From positions 1-34,734 of the IMG/VR virus record IMGVR_UViG_3300032237_001402: a stretch of DNA of 34,734 bases; one strand, written 5' to 3'. Positions within the stretch are counted from its first letter, which is position 1. Every line of letters starts with the position of its first letter. The translations under genes and the position numbers were made by a program. The notes beneath the pieces were generated by a model. That model was given only the letters and a program-made list of their open reading frames with translations, was not told the DNA's origin and made no database searches. Positions 9,034 through 18,518 of this stretch are shown in pieces. Source of the stretch: a virus. Its lineage: Duplodnaviria > Caudoviricetes.

Positions 9034-10118
9034 TACACTTATGGGAACAGTCGGACGTATCCGATTTCTGCAGTAACGGTGGCGATAATGACCAACCTTT
9101 CTACATTCCGGTTAAACGCACCGATTTGATATCGCTCAGATTCCAACTTCCTTACGGGCTTGTTGACATGAATGGTGGTGGGCTTCCTATTGGCGATAAG
9201 GTATCACTCTCCATAGTAAGCGGAGATACGGCAACCACGCTATGTGATTACTCAAATTCAACAATCAATAAATTTAACTTCGGTTACATCAACGATAGCA
9301 CAAACAGAATTGCCGAATATCAATTTTTATTAGGTCTTGGATTAGCAGATGCCATTGGTGATAATCGAGAGATCTACACATTCGATGTGGGTGAAGGCGA
9401 TTTGGTTTATCTTGATTTCGCTGGCACCATATACGTGTTTAAGTATGGCACAGATAGTATTCCTGCACCTTTGATTGAATGGAAATCGGGTAGCGTTTGT
9501 CTATCCATGACAGCCCTAGAGGTAGCAACGGCTTCTTTGACAATTAACGGCTCGCCCAATTTATTCGATGCTATATTCTCAACGCCCGTTTGTGCTCATG
9601 AAGATTTTGCGTGCTTCAGATTCAAGCTCACCGTTGAATTGGTTACTTATGGAACAACACAGGAGTACTATACAAAGCCTTTTCGTGTTGTGCAGTGCGA
9701 TGAGCCTACAATTTTTGTAGAATCAACGTATCCTTCAGGCGTTATCGATTGTTCGGGCCAGATCCATTCATCCGGAGGCGATGCTATGGCCGCAAATAAG
9801 TTGTACATGCGCATACCTGCAGAAATAGAGCGAGTGCCATCAGTGTTCGAGAAGTCTTATAACTCACGATCACGCAGCTTCAAATCATCCGTAACAAAGA
9901 AATATTTGTTAAAAAGTTTGCCCATTCCGCAGTGGTATGCCGATGCTTTCGAAACGTGTATGGCTGCTAAGACAACGAAACTCGACTGGGTAGAATACTT
10001 GCAACCGGATATTAATTCGCTCTTTGAAACAAATAATGAATTAAATGGCCATACATATCCAAACATATATTTATATTTGCAATCAAGCAAGTGTGAAACA
10101 GTTTTTGTTTGTCAATAA
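9030..10118 (+). CDS. Putative minor tail protein (362 aa)
   Basis: ATGA-coupled, beta-rich and Cys-rich, in the tail block. Confidence 0.55.
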   Translation: MIHLWEQSDVSDFCSNGGDNDQPFYIPVKRTDLISLRFQLPYGLVDMNGGGLPIGDKVSLSIVSGDTATTLCDYSNSTINKFNFGYINDSTNRIAEYQFLLGLGLADAIGDNREIYTFDVGEGDLVYLDFAGTIYVFKYGTDSIPAPLIEWKSGSVCLSMTALEVATASLTINGSPNLFDAIFSTPVCAHEDFACFRFKLTVELVTYGTTQEYYTKPFRVVQCDEPTIFVESTYPSGVIDCSGQIHSSGGDAMAANKLYMRIPAEIERVPSVFEKSYNSRSRSFKSSVTKKYLLKSLPIPQWYADAFETCMAAKTTKLDWVEYLQPDINSLFETNNELNGHTYPNIYLYLQSSKCETVFVCQ

Positions 10119-10163
10119 TAAGGTTTGCAAGACACGAATTATTAACAATTAAAACTCTCACAA

Positions 10164-10820
10164 ATGTTATCAACATGCGATAGCGCCTGCGTAAACGCCT
10201 TGGTATTAAGCCAACAATCGCAGTGCGACATAGGTATTCGATCGGAGATTCCGGTACGTTTACTCATTGCTAATTGTGATACTGCTTTCCCAACAGGAAC
10301 TTATAACGACATTGCACTTGCGACGGCATTAGCCGCTCTCATTACTGCAAATTCGGTGTCAGCAACTTTTGAGCTTGCAGAGTTCCAATGGTCCGACCCG
10401 GCAACTACAAAGAAGTCTTATTTATCTAAACGCACGCCACCTAAAACTATCACTACCGGTAGAACGTTGACTGCGAAAGATTATTCGGCTACTGATGTAA
10501 AGTCCGACGGTTCATCATCTCCATACGAGGACAGATTGTTTTACAAAAACATCATTCAAAATAAAGCCTGCAAAATTCGCGGCTATATTACCGATGAGGG
10601 TAAAATTTATCTCTTCTTGAATTCGAAAGGTGAGTTTTGTTCATACGACATCAACTACTTCATTGGTTACGACCATGATGTGGAAGGTCAAAGCGTTGAA
10701 TTCAAAAACTACATCATCGATTTCGTTGGCGATCCTTTGAGACAAATCACAACTCCATACCTCGATATTATCGCGGCTGGGGCTCAATCTACATTGGGCT
10801 GGCTTTATCAACCAAAATAG
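10164..10820 (+). CDS. Probable major tail (tube) protein (218 aa)
   Basis: Size, Thr/Ala-rich beta pattern and A-rich leader; no better candidate in the window; function inferred. Confidence 0.5.
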   Translation: MLSTCDSACVNALVLSQQSQCDIGIRSEIPVRLLIANCDTAFPTGTYNDIALATALAALITANSVSATFELAEFQWSDPATTKKSYLSKRTPPKTITTGRTLTAKDYSATDVKSDGSSSPYEDRLFYKNIIQNKACKIRGYITDEGKIYLFLNSKGEFCSYDINYFIGYDHDVEGQSVEFKNYIIDFVGDPLRQITTPYLDIIAAGAQSTLGWLYQPK

Positions 10821-10838
10821 GTAATAAAATTTATTACT
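10820..10838. promoter_or_regulatory. 19-bp palindrome copy 3
   Basis: GGTAATAAAATTTATTACT at the stop of the 218-aa gene. Confidence 0.7.
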
Positions 10839-10899
10839 TATCATTCAAAATCACACATTTAATTATCACGCATTTAATCATTGTAAAAAAGAAAAACAA

Positions 10900-11460
10900 A
10901 TGAAAAAGTTTCGTTTATTACTGATGCTGACAGTTTTAACAGCAATGACATCGATGAGCGCCAATGCGCAAATCACGATGTACAAATCGACCGACGGATA
11001 CACAGTCGGAACAGCCACTTTTGATACAAGTACGGCAGCTTCAACAAAGTATTTCCTCACTCCTTTAAACTCATTGAACGCTGCAACATCGGGCAAGTAC
11101 CGTATTGCAGTTTCGTACCACGTGTTCAATGGAGCTTGGACCGGAAAGATCATCATCCAAGGTCGTGTTGTGGGTTCTGCCGATTCATCCTGGACTAATT
11201 TAAACCAGGTTGTGGGCACAACAGGAATCAACTGCGATACGCTACAAGTAACAGCCTCTAGTACAAGCTCGGGATGGATATTCAATGCTTATCCGGGAAT
11301 GGTGACGAACTTAACAGCCAACGGATTGGGTAATGGTGCAACAACTACCAATGTCATCCAATATTCGGCTGCAGGTAGGGTCACGCAGATACGCGTCAAG
11401 ATTGTAGGCACAACCAATTCGGCGCGGATAGATAATGTGCGGGTACTAACGGCGTTGTAA
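10900..11460 (+). CDS. Signal-peptide-bearing beta-sandwich protein (186 aa)
   Basis: MKKFRLLLMLTVLTAMTSMSANA/Q; Thr/Ser/Gly-rich mature part. Confidence 0.75.
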   Translation: MKKFRLLLMLTVLTAMTSMSANAQITMYKSTDGYTVGTATFDTSTAASTKYFLTPLNSLNAATSGKYRIAVSYHVFNGAWTGKIIIQGRVVGSADSSWTNLNQVVGTTGINCDTLQVTASSTSSGWIFNAYPGMVTNLTANGLGNGATTTNVIQYSAAGRVTQIRVKIVGTTNSARIDNVRVLTAL

Positions 11461-11476
11461 CGTTAAAAATCAAAAG

Positions 11477-13135
11477 ATGACTCACGAAGAATTCTTCCGA
11501 AAGTTTGATGAAAAGCAAGAAGGTCTCCTACCCGCAAAACATAGTCAGCGGGTAGGGGCTTCCTTGTCTGTTCAGATCCACAGCCGCGGAGCTAGACCGA
11601 AGTATAATGTAGGTAGAGAAACCATCATACCCGAAACATACGATTCGCGCTTTGATCGCTTATTCAAGACCCGGTTATTAAACAGGCATGCCAACGAATC
11701 GGATGCTTTGTATAATTGGCGCTTGTCAATCTATTCGCCGGTTGCTAAAGAAATTTTCGACCGCTTCTTAAACTTCGCCAGAGGATCCATTGTTCAACCA
11801 AACAACTACAACATCATTGTGGATCCAAAAACGGATGAGTATTTTGACCAATACGATATCCATGAAGAAATTTGGGAAGCAATAGAGTTTCTGTTAGAGA
11901 ATCCAAACGGTTACATGGCTGTAATCATTGGTGATTACGATGGCGATATGACTAAACCGGTTGGTCCATCAATTGAGATGATATGCCCTTCGAAAGTGTT
12001 GATGCAGGACAAAGAAAGCATTGCCTTTGAAGATGATTGCAATATCTATTTCCTTGATAAGTTTCAACAGGTGAAGCGCGATAAGTATGGAGTTATTCAA
12101 GTAATCGTTCACAACTTCGGTGAGATACCTTGCTGGCAAATTGATAATAATTTCATTCAGCCCTTCGTATTTTGGGCAGATTTGCTCGTAAGAAATATGT
12201 CTGATGATGAGATGATGACCAAGCAGTATTCTTACCCAATTAAGCAATCTGTTGAGCCCTCATGTGTGGCCTGCAATGGTGTTGGCCGCATAAACGTAAA
12301 CAATACCGAGAAGTATCCAGGTGGATGGGGCCTTGAAGTATGTAATACTTGCAACGGATCCGGTATCATGTCAATTAATCCGGGTGAGATTTACACTATC
12401 ACGGAAGAGAAGCTCATGAAGCTCGGTAATGTAATGCCTGACATGGCAAAGTTCATCACGCCTGATGTTGCTATTCCTGAGTATCACTTTAAACGATGGC
12501 AAGCGTTTTATGATCGCTGCGAAAAATCGCTCTACATCAACAAGGATATTCCGGTAACAAATAAAAGTGGAGAGGCTAAGAAGGAGGACCGCAAGGATCA
12601 GTACACCTACATGAGTACCATTTCTCAGTTTTTGTTTGTTCAAATAAAAAAAGCAGTTGAGTTTATTGCAGCATATAGAAACTACAACGGCGCTACCCAA
12701 ACTTACGAAAAGCAAGAGGTTATAATCTACCCTCCAAAGCAATTAGATTTGATGACTAACTCTGATCTCGTGAACGAGTTGGTTGACGTTCAAACGAAGA
12801 CGGATGATGCGATGATTCTTGGAGAGATGCAATACGTTGTTACCAACAAGATTTATCGTGATGATGCTGTCCAGTCAAAAATAAACGAGATTCTGTACGA
12901 CACCGATTACCTATATGGTATTTGTGGCGATGGATTGAAATTAAAATATTTGAGTGGGCTATACACCAGTGAAGATAAACTCATTCATGAGAAAGGCTAT
13001 AAAATACTCATGCGTATTGCAAAAGAGATGTCGTATGATGTATTTGTGAATACCGACAACACAGTCTTGATTGAGAAATTAAAAACTGAAGTGGCTACCA
13101 TGGTTCCACAAGGAATTTACAACCAAAATGGCTAA
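11477..13135 (+). CDS. Portal protein with inserted DnaJ-type zinc finger (552 aa)
   Basis: Size, SGEAKKED portal-like motif, position before the head morphogenesis gene; CVACNGVG and CNTCNGSG. Confidence 0.8.
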   Translation: MTHEEFFRKFDEKQEGLLPAKHSQRVGASLSVQIHSRGARPKYNVGRETIIPETYDSRFDRLFKTRLLNRHANESDALYNWRLSIYSPVAKEIFDRFLNFARGSIVQPNNYNIIVDPKTDEYFDQYDIHEEIWEAIEFLLENPNGYMAVIIGDYDGDMTKPVGPSIEMICPSKVLMQDKESIAFEDDCNIYFLDKFQQVKRDKYGVIQVIVHNFGEIPCWQIDNNFIQPFVFWADLLVRNMSDDEMMTKQYSYPIKQSVEPSCVACNGVGRINVNNTEKYPGGWGLEVCNTCNGSGIMSINPGEIYTITEEKLMKLGNVMPDMAKFITPDVAIPEYHFKRWQAFYDRCEKSLYINKDIPVTNKSGEAKKEDRKDQYTYMSTISQFLFVQIKKAVEFIAAYRNYNGATQTYEKQEVIIYPPKQLDLMTNSDLVNELVDVQTKTDDAMILGEMQYVVTNKIYRDDAVQSKINEILYDTDYLYGICGDGLKLKYLSGLYTSEDKLIHEKGYKILMRIAKEMSYDVFVNTDNTVLIEKLKTEVATMVPQGIYNQNG

Positions 13136-13991
13136 ATCAATCTTCGCACAGAACGAAGCTCTCAAAGACAAGATCATCGAAGAGCTGACTATCGGAATAC
13201 CATCGATAGAGTCTAAGGTTTATGATGAGATCATGAGCTTTATTGATCAGTTTGATTCCATAGGAGGCAATTTTTCCGATATCATCTCTGCCGAACATCT
13301 CAACGAAATAGAACAGCGAATCAATGACATCTTGGTTCGATCGGGCTATGTAGACCAGGCACAAATATTTATTCGTGACTTCGGAAAGATAACCATAAAC
13401 ACTACAACCATACTCAATGCCGGTGGTTTTGATGTAAATACAACACAACTATCGGCCATGGAGAGTAAGTGGCAGCAAGCGGCTGTTACAACGCTATTAC
13501 AATCAGGGATACGCGAAGATTTCACGCGCCCCATACAGAAAATAATTGACGATTCCATTACTTACGGCGATTCCATCAACACAGCCAGGCAAAAGTTAAA
13601 GGATTACGTGATAGGTGGAAAGGATACCGGGGGTAAATTAAAATCATACCTCACACAAACCGCTCGTGATTCTATAAGCCAAATGCAAGGACAGCAGATG
13701 CAGTCGGTTGCAAATGCTTTGGATTATGTAGGCATCACCTATACAGGAGGATTATTGAAAGACTCACGCGGACAGTGTACACACTGGATTAATGACCTGA
13801 ATGGTTTCATCCCTAAAGAGCAATTACGCGAAGAGATTAGAATGGCCTATGCCAATCAAACGGCCAAGCGTGTAGATGGAGGTAAGCATAAATGGGGAGG
13901 CATGATGCCCGATACAAACACAGATAATTTTTGCGTTAAAAGAGGTGGCTACAACTGTACACATACTGCAATCCCAAAAAGAAAGAAATGA
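13128..13991 (+). CDS. Minor capsid/head morphogenesis protein (SPP1 gp7/Mu gpF-like)
   Basis: Follows portal; DSRGQC and C-terminal RGGYNCTH motifs. Confidence 0.75.
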   Translation: MAKSIFAQNEALKDKIIEELTIGIPSIESKVYDEIMSFIDQFDSIGGNFSDIISAEHLNEIEQRINDILVRSGYVDQAQIFIRDFGKITINTTTILNAGGFDVNTTQLSAMESKWQQAAVTTLLQSGIREDFTRPIQKIIDDSITYGDSINTARQKLKDYVIGGKDTGGKLKSYLTQTARDSISQMQGQQMQSVANALDYVGITYTGGLLKDSRGQCTHWINDLNGFIPKEQLREEIRMAYANQTAKRVDGGKHKWGGMMPDTNTDNFCVKRGGYNCTHTAIPKRKK

Positions 13992-14083
13992 GACTCTCAC
14001 CCGAAAAACAAGTCATTGTAGGGCTGATTATCGCAGTGCTATTTTGGTTGGGTACCTTGTGGTATATAGCAACAAGCTTATAA
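13988..14083 (+). CDS. Small membrane protein (31 aa), not in the ORF track
   Basis: ATGA-coupled; MRLSPEKQVIVGLIIAVLFWLGTLWYIATSL is a single TM helix. Confidence 0.55.
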   Translation: MRLSPEKQVIVGLIIAVLFWLGTLWYIATSL

Positions 14084-14102
14084 ATATATCCGAATAAATT
14101 AT

Positions 14103-14132
14103 TTTGTTCAGTAATAAAATTTATTACCTTTG
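14103..14132 (+). promoter_or_regulatory. Promoter for the capsid unit containing palindrome copy 4
   Basis: TTTG (14103-14106), 18-bp spacer, TACCTTTG (14125-14132); AGTAATAAAATTTATTACC at 14110-14128. Confidence 0.72.
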
Positions 14133-14157
14133 TTATGTCTCTTAAATATCATTAGTT

Positions 14158-14550
14158 ATGGCAGTTACAAAAAAACCACAGCCTGCAGCAACAAGTAAGC
14201 AAAAACCACAGCCTGCAGCAACAGATGCAGGAGTTGTAAATGTGGACGAAACGGAACAACAGCAACCGGTTGATATTCCGGTTGAAGGTGCAGCACCTGA
14301 AACGCCAATTGATGGAGCCAATCCCGATAGCCCTGAATTGGACATCCCTTCGGTAAATGCTCCGGTTGCTCCAATCACATTGCCCGGCAAAGCTGTTTCG
14401 GTTAGTATGGCCGGTAAGGTCCGATTAAGAAACGTACAAACCAATCGAATCATTACCGGATTTATTGATGTGAACATTGCACAAAAGCAGGTAGAAAACT
14501 ATCCGGGAGTTGTAGAAATTATCAACGAAAACGAATTAGGAAATGGCTAA
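14158..14550 (+). CDS. Hypothetical protein with disordered Pro/Ala-rich N-terminus (130 aa)
   Basis: First ORF after the promoter; low-complexity N-terminus. Confidence 0.75.
   Translation: MAVTKKPQPAATSKQKPQPAATDAGVVNVDETEQQQPVDIPVEGAAPETPIDGANPDSPELDIPSVNAPVAPITLPGKAVSVSMAGKVRLRNVQTNRIITGFIDVNIAQKQVENYPGVVEIINENELGNG
14171..14223 (+). repeat. 23-bp direct repeat, two copies, 30-bp period
   Basis: AAAAACCACAGCCTGCAGCAACA at 14171 and 14201, encoding KPQPAAT twice. Confidence 0.9.
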
Positions 14551-14764
14551 GGCTGATAAAAATACTTTAACCGAGATGCCGGCAGTAAACAATGCCGTTG
14601 AACCGGTTATCGCCGAACGAAAGCTCATTAAAAAAGATCACATCGGTCTTATTCATAAAGCATCTCCAAACATGCTGCAGATTCATAAATCTATGAGACG
14701 GCATTATGAAAATTCGGATGAGTGGACCATTGTAGAAGAATCGGATTCAACTAAAAAAAAATAA
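14543..14764 (+). CDS. Hypothetical protein (73 aa)
   Basis: Overlaps the previous stop; co-oriented in the head operon. Confidence 0.7.
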   Translation: MAKADKNTLTEMPAVNNAVEPVIAERKLIKKDHIGLIHKASPNMLQIHKSMRRHYENSDEWTIVEESDSTKKK

Positions 14765-14825
14765 TCGCTTCAAGCAAAGTATATCAATCAAACCCTTGTA
14801 AAAACTGTAAATAAAAACTCAAAAT

Positions 14826-15701
14826 ATGTCTAAAAATCTTAAGAATTATCTAGCGTCATTGAAAGTTCAAAACATTGATCAGTTGGTAGAAGCATTGCTT
14901 GCCGATGATGATCGACCGGAAGATGTTCAAACTTGTCTTCGTGCTGCTCAGGAGTATTCTAAGCCATTCCTCGAAGCAGATTTCAACGCCAAGATGAATG
15001 ATGAGCGCAAGACCTGGAAGGGCAAATATTTCAAAGATGCTGCACAAAAGGTAAATAAGATTTTTGGAAACAAACTCACCAGCGCTGAGTTGGAAGATGT
15101 GATGAAAGACCCTGAGAATGATGGGAAAACATTTGATGCCGTAGTTGATGCAATCCGTGAAAAAGTATCCATAAAAACAGGCACCAGCGAAACCGAGTTA
15201 CAGAAAATGTTGGATGCTGCAAACGGTAAAATCTCGGAGTACGAGCAAAAGCTTATTGATACCGAGAAGAAATACAAAGAAGATTTTGACAACTATGTCA
15301 AAACAGGTAAGTTGACAGCAACGCTTCAAACCAAGCTTGTAAAAATTCTTCAAGGAGTTACCTCAATGCCTGCAGAGAAAGCCGCAAAGCTTCTCATGGA
15401 TCCATTGACAAAAAAAGCATTAATCAAGCTCAACGATAGTGAAGATATCGAGTTGTTTGATTTGACAAACCCTGAAACAAAGCTTCGAAAATCTGAGACC
15501 GAATTCCAAACACTCGAAAACGTGGTGAAGGAGTTAGCCGAAGAATACGAACTTCCGAAGATTGCTTCAGGTGGAGCTGCATCAGGAGGCGTAGGAAACC
15601 CACCACCGGCACTACCGGCACAACCCATACACACACAACCAAACGCTTTAGAAGGTGCTAATAAATTAGCAGAAGCCTTCGTAAATGCGTCTGTTGTATA
15701 A
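14826..15701 (+). CDS. Capsid scaffolding protein (291 aa)
   Basis: Charged coiled-coil with Gly/Pro-rich C-terminal tail, directly upstream of the capsid gene. Confidence 0.75.
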   Translation: MSKNLKNYLASLKVQNIDQLVEALLADDDRPEDVQTCLRAAQEYSKPFLEADFNAKMNDERKTWKGKYFKDAAQKVNKIFGNKLTSAELEDVMKDPENDGKTFDAVVDAIREKVSIKTGTSETELQKMLDAANGKISEYEQKLIDTEKKYKEDFDNYVKTGKLTATLQTKLVKILQGVTSMPAEKAAKLLMDPLTKKALIKLNDSEDIELFDLTNPETKLRKSETEFQTLENVVKELAEEYELPKIASGGAASGGVGNPPPALPAQPIHTQPNALEGANKLAEAFVNASVV

Positions 15702-15851
15702 ACATACTTGCAAACCTTACGCGAGGGTATCGCGGACAACAAAAACCCTTGGCTTTGATTCGTGAGCCTTAATAAATCAGAATCACTTTAATTGGTGTCA
15801 GTTCCTACCTATGCAAGTGGACAAGAACTAACTTATTTCCAATTAATTACA

Positions 15852-16937
15852 ATGGCAAATAATAATGCAACGTTTATTATTCAGAAAAAACTTTCTGATA
15901 TTTTCTCGGGCAAGCCTTATCGTAGTAATGTCGGAACGTTAGACTTTTTATTCTCTCCAGCAAATGGCTCGCAAATGCAAGCCAATTTGATAGGTAAGCC
16001 TAATGGCAAGAATACAAGATACGTTGTGACACGAAGAAAGACAGCTTGTACCGCAGTTGTTACGGCTGAGCCAGCCTGCACAGATGCAGGCACAGACGTA
16101 GACATGACTGACTACACCACGTATGACTCGTTTGACTATGCAGGATCTGCATGGCATAACGCACCAATCTCATCTTTCAGAGACCTCGGATCATTGGACA
16201 TTCAAGATGTAATGGCCGGATTCGCTTACGACCAAATGGGTAAAATCAAAGATGCCGTTAGCTTGGCAGGTTTGTTGGCGCTCAACACCAACGCAGGGTA
16301 TGCTTCTGCTTCAGCTCAAACTAAAAAATTGAAGTTGATCGACGACGCTACAAAATCTCCTGTTTGGAATGTTGATACATCAATCAAACTTGATTTTGCT
16401 GATGCCGGTTTCCCTGACATGCCAATCCTTATCGGTAACCGATCTATCGCTTACTGGAAGGATACGGTAAAGCGTGCCAGTATCAACAACAACGGATTAA
16501 ACGTAGGTGCTATTGATACGCTGAACGCGTTCTATGACATCAACGTAAACGCAACAAACACAGCACCTACTGAGGTAGGTAATGATGTATTGTTCGCCGT
16601 GTTACCACAAGTGGCAAATATTATCACTTGGTCAGCTAATACCGGAATTTTCGCATCTCGTACAAACAGTATCAGCCTTCTTGATATGAAAACTATCAAC
16701 ATGGTAAATACCGATAACACAACATTCATGTTCACAACAATTGCCGACCCTGCAACGGGTATGGTGTTTGATTATGACATTGTGTTTGATCCAAAATGCA
16801 AAAAGTTCCAATGGCGCGTTGGATGTTACTACAAAGTAGTAATGCTTCCCTTAATCGGATGCAAGGATTCAAACTTCAACGGTATCGTTAAGTATGATGT
16901 GTGTCCGCTTTCTGACGTGTTCTGCAACAATCCGTAA
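15852..16937 (+). CDS. Major capsid protein (361 aa)
   Basis: Start moved to ATG 15852 (MANNNATF); size, position after scaffold, followed by a strong terminator. Confidence 0.78.
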   Translation: MANNNATFIIQKKLSDIFSGKPYRSNVGTLDFLFSPANGSQMQANLIGKPNGKNTRYVVTRRKTACTAVVTAEPACTDAGTDVDMTDYTTYDSFDYAGSAWHNAPISSFRDLGSLDIQDVMAGFAYDQMGKIKDAVSLAGLLALNTNAGYASASAQTKKLKLIDDATKSPVWNVDTSIKLDFADAGFPDMPILIGNRSIAYWKDTVKRASINNNGLNVGAIDTLNAFYDINVNATNTAPTEVGNDVLFAVLPQVANIITWSANTGIFASRTNSISLLDMKTINMVNTDNTTFMFTTIADPATGMVFDYDIVFDPKCKKFQWRVGCYYKVVMLPLIGCKDSNFNGIVKYDVCPLSDVFCNNP

Positions 16938-16952
16938 TCGTTTTCATTCATT

Positions 16953-16982
16953 AAAAGAGGGGTGTAAAAAGCCCCTCTTTTT
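16953..16982 (+). terminator. Intrinsic terminator after the capsid gene
   Basis: AAAAGAGGGGT-GTAAAAA-GCCCCTCTTTTT. Confidence 0.8.
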
Positions 16983-16994
16983 AAAATTACTCCT

Positions 16995-17969
16995 ATGTCC
17001 TGCTTGGATAATATTATTGGAATCAAAGCCCCGTGCTCGCCTGATACGGCTCCATTAAGTGGTATGTTTATTACGGATTATCCCGGAATAACCTTGAAGT
17101 CTGCGTCCAATGTTGCAGACGAAAGAACGATGACCGGATACGCGTATCTTGTTGATTTGCGACGAAGAGCGATGCAGAAGTTGAACAACGATGTGCTTGC
17201 CTTTATCAATAAGGAGTACAAGGTCAACACAATTGCCACAAACAGATATCAATCCGGGTCGTATAACACACCCTATACAACAATTTCTGCCGGTTCATCT
17301 TCTCAACGAAGAGGCATTGTCATTGGCAAAATAAAGACGTGGTGCAGATTTCACAAGATTATCGTGAATAAGGTGCGTATTTACGCTGCAGAATCAAAGG
17401 ATGTTATTTTACACATCTCAGACGTAGGTGCAGGAGTAACTTATCCTGCAACTGTTTCATTGGAAGCAAATGTAGTGAACGAGTTTGTGATCAATAAAAC
17501 CATTGTGGGGAATGAGGTGCAAATCACCATTCCATCCGATACGATTGTTTATAGCAATAAGCCTGAATGTGGTTGTGGTGGCCGTCCAAAAAATGAGTAT
17601 CTTATTTTCAATGGCCTCAGTAATTCAGCCATCATCCCGACTGAAGGATACGGCATTGAAGCAGATATTACTTTGAAATGCGATATCAGTACACTGGTGT
17701 GTGATCTTGCCAATGATCAAATAATCGGACAAGCTGCTTATGAATTGTGTGGTGCTATGTTTTACGATGATATGCTTCGTAATAACCGAATGAATTATCT
17801 GACCATTTACAAGGGTGACGAAATGAAAGATCAATCTTTAGCAGCCTATGCTGCATACGCCAGTTATCTTGAATCTGCCATGGATGGATTAACCGGGTAC
17901 ATTGCTCGAAACGACGGTAATTGCAGATGCGTTGATTGTGGAGGCATGCAAATAAAACCAAACATCTAA
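16995..17969 (+). CDS. Putative head-tail adaptor (324 aa, Cys-rich)
   Basis: Position after capsid; helical ends around a beta-rich insert; function inferred. Confidence 0.5.
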   Translation: MSCLDNIIGIKAPCSPDTAPLSGMFITDYPGITLKSASNVADERTMTGYAYLVDLRRRAMQKLNNDVLAFINKEYKVNTIATNRYQSGSYNTPYTTISAGSSSQRRGIVIGKIKTWCRFHKIIVNKVRIYAAESKDVILHISDVGAGVTYPATVSLEANVVNEFVINKTIVGNEVQITIPSDTIVYSNKPECGCGGRPKNEYLIFNGLSNSAIIPTEGYGIEADITLKCDISTLVCDLANDQIIGQAAYELCGAMFYDDMLRNNRMNYLTIYKGDEMKDQSLAAYAAYASYLESAMDGLTGYIARNDGNCRCVDCGGMQIKPNI

Positions 17970-18518
17970 ATGTCATTTGAGGCTTTAAATACCAGGCTCA
18001 AGGAAATTGCTTCCAATCTCGACAGATTAATGCCGGATGTGATTGCTCAATCCGTGATGCTTGAATTAAAGGCTATGCACAATCAACGAATTTTTGATAA
18101 GGGCCTACGAACCGATGGAAGCGACATTGGTACCTACTCAGATGCTCCGGCATATTTTGCCAAAGAGCAATTTATACGAAAGTCTGTTTTTAAAGGAATA
18201 GGCAAACCAAATAAAATTGGGAAGCGAAAGACAGGAAATAAAACCATGTTTATTGCCACCGGTTATGCCGGATTTAGAGATATGCAGGGTAGAAGATCAG
18301 ACCGAAAGAATCTGAAGTATTCCGGCTCGCTGGAGAAAAACTTAGAGGTTCAAAAGTTTGGCAACAGTGTGCTATACGGAACCACCAACCTCACAGAATC
18401 AAAGAAATTCGAAGCGCTTGAAGAAGAGTATGATGTGTTTGGTTTGTCCGGGAACGAAAAACAATTTGTAAAAGAAGAAATCAAAAATCAAGCAGTCGTA
18501 GTTGCTAAAAAAAGATGA
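17970..18518 (+). CDS. Putative neck/virion morphogenesis protein (182 aa)
   Basis: Basic protein with NLKYSGSLEKNL, resembling the L-x-x-[ST]-G-x-L motif of neck/tail-completion proteins. Confidence 0.55.
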   Translation: MSFEALNTRLKEIASNLDRLMPDVIAQSVMLELKAMHNQRIFDKGLRTDGSDIGTYSDAPAYFAKEQFIRKSVFKGIGKPNKIGKRKTGNKTMFIATGYAGFRDMQGRRSDRKNLKYSGSLEKNLEVQKFGNSVLYGTTNLTESKKFEALEEEYDVFGLSGNEKQFVKEEIKNQAVVVAKKR

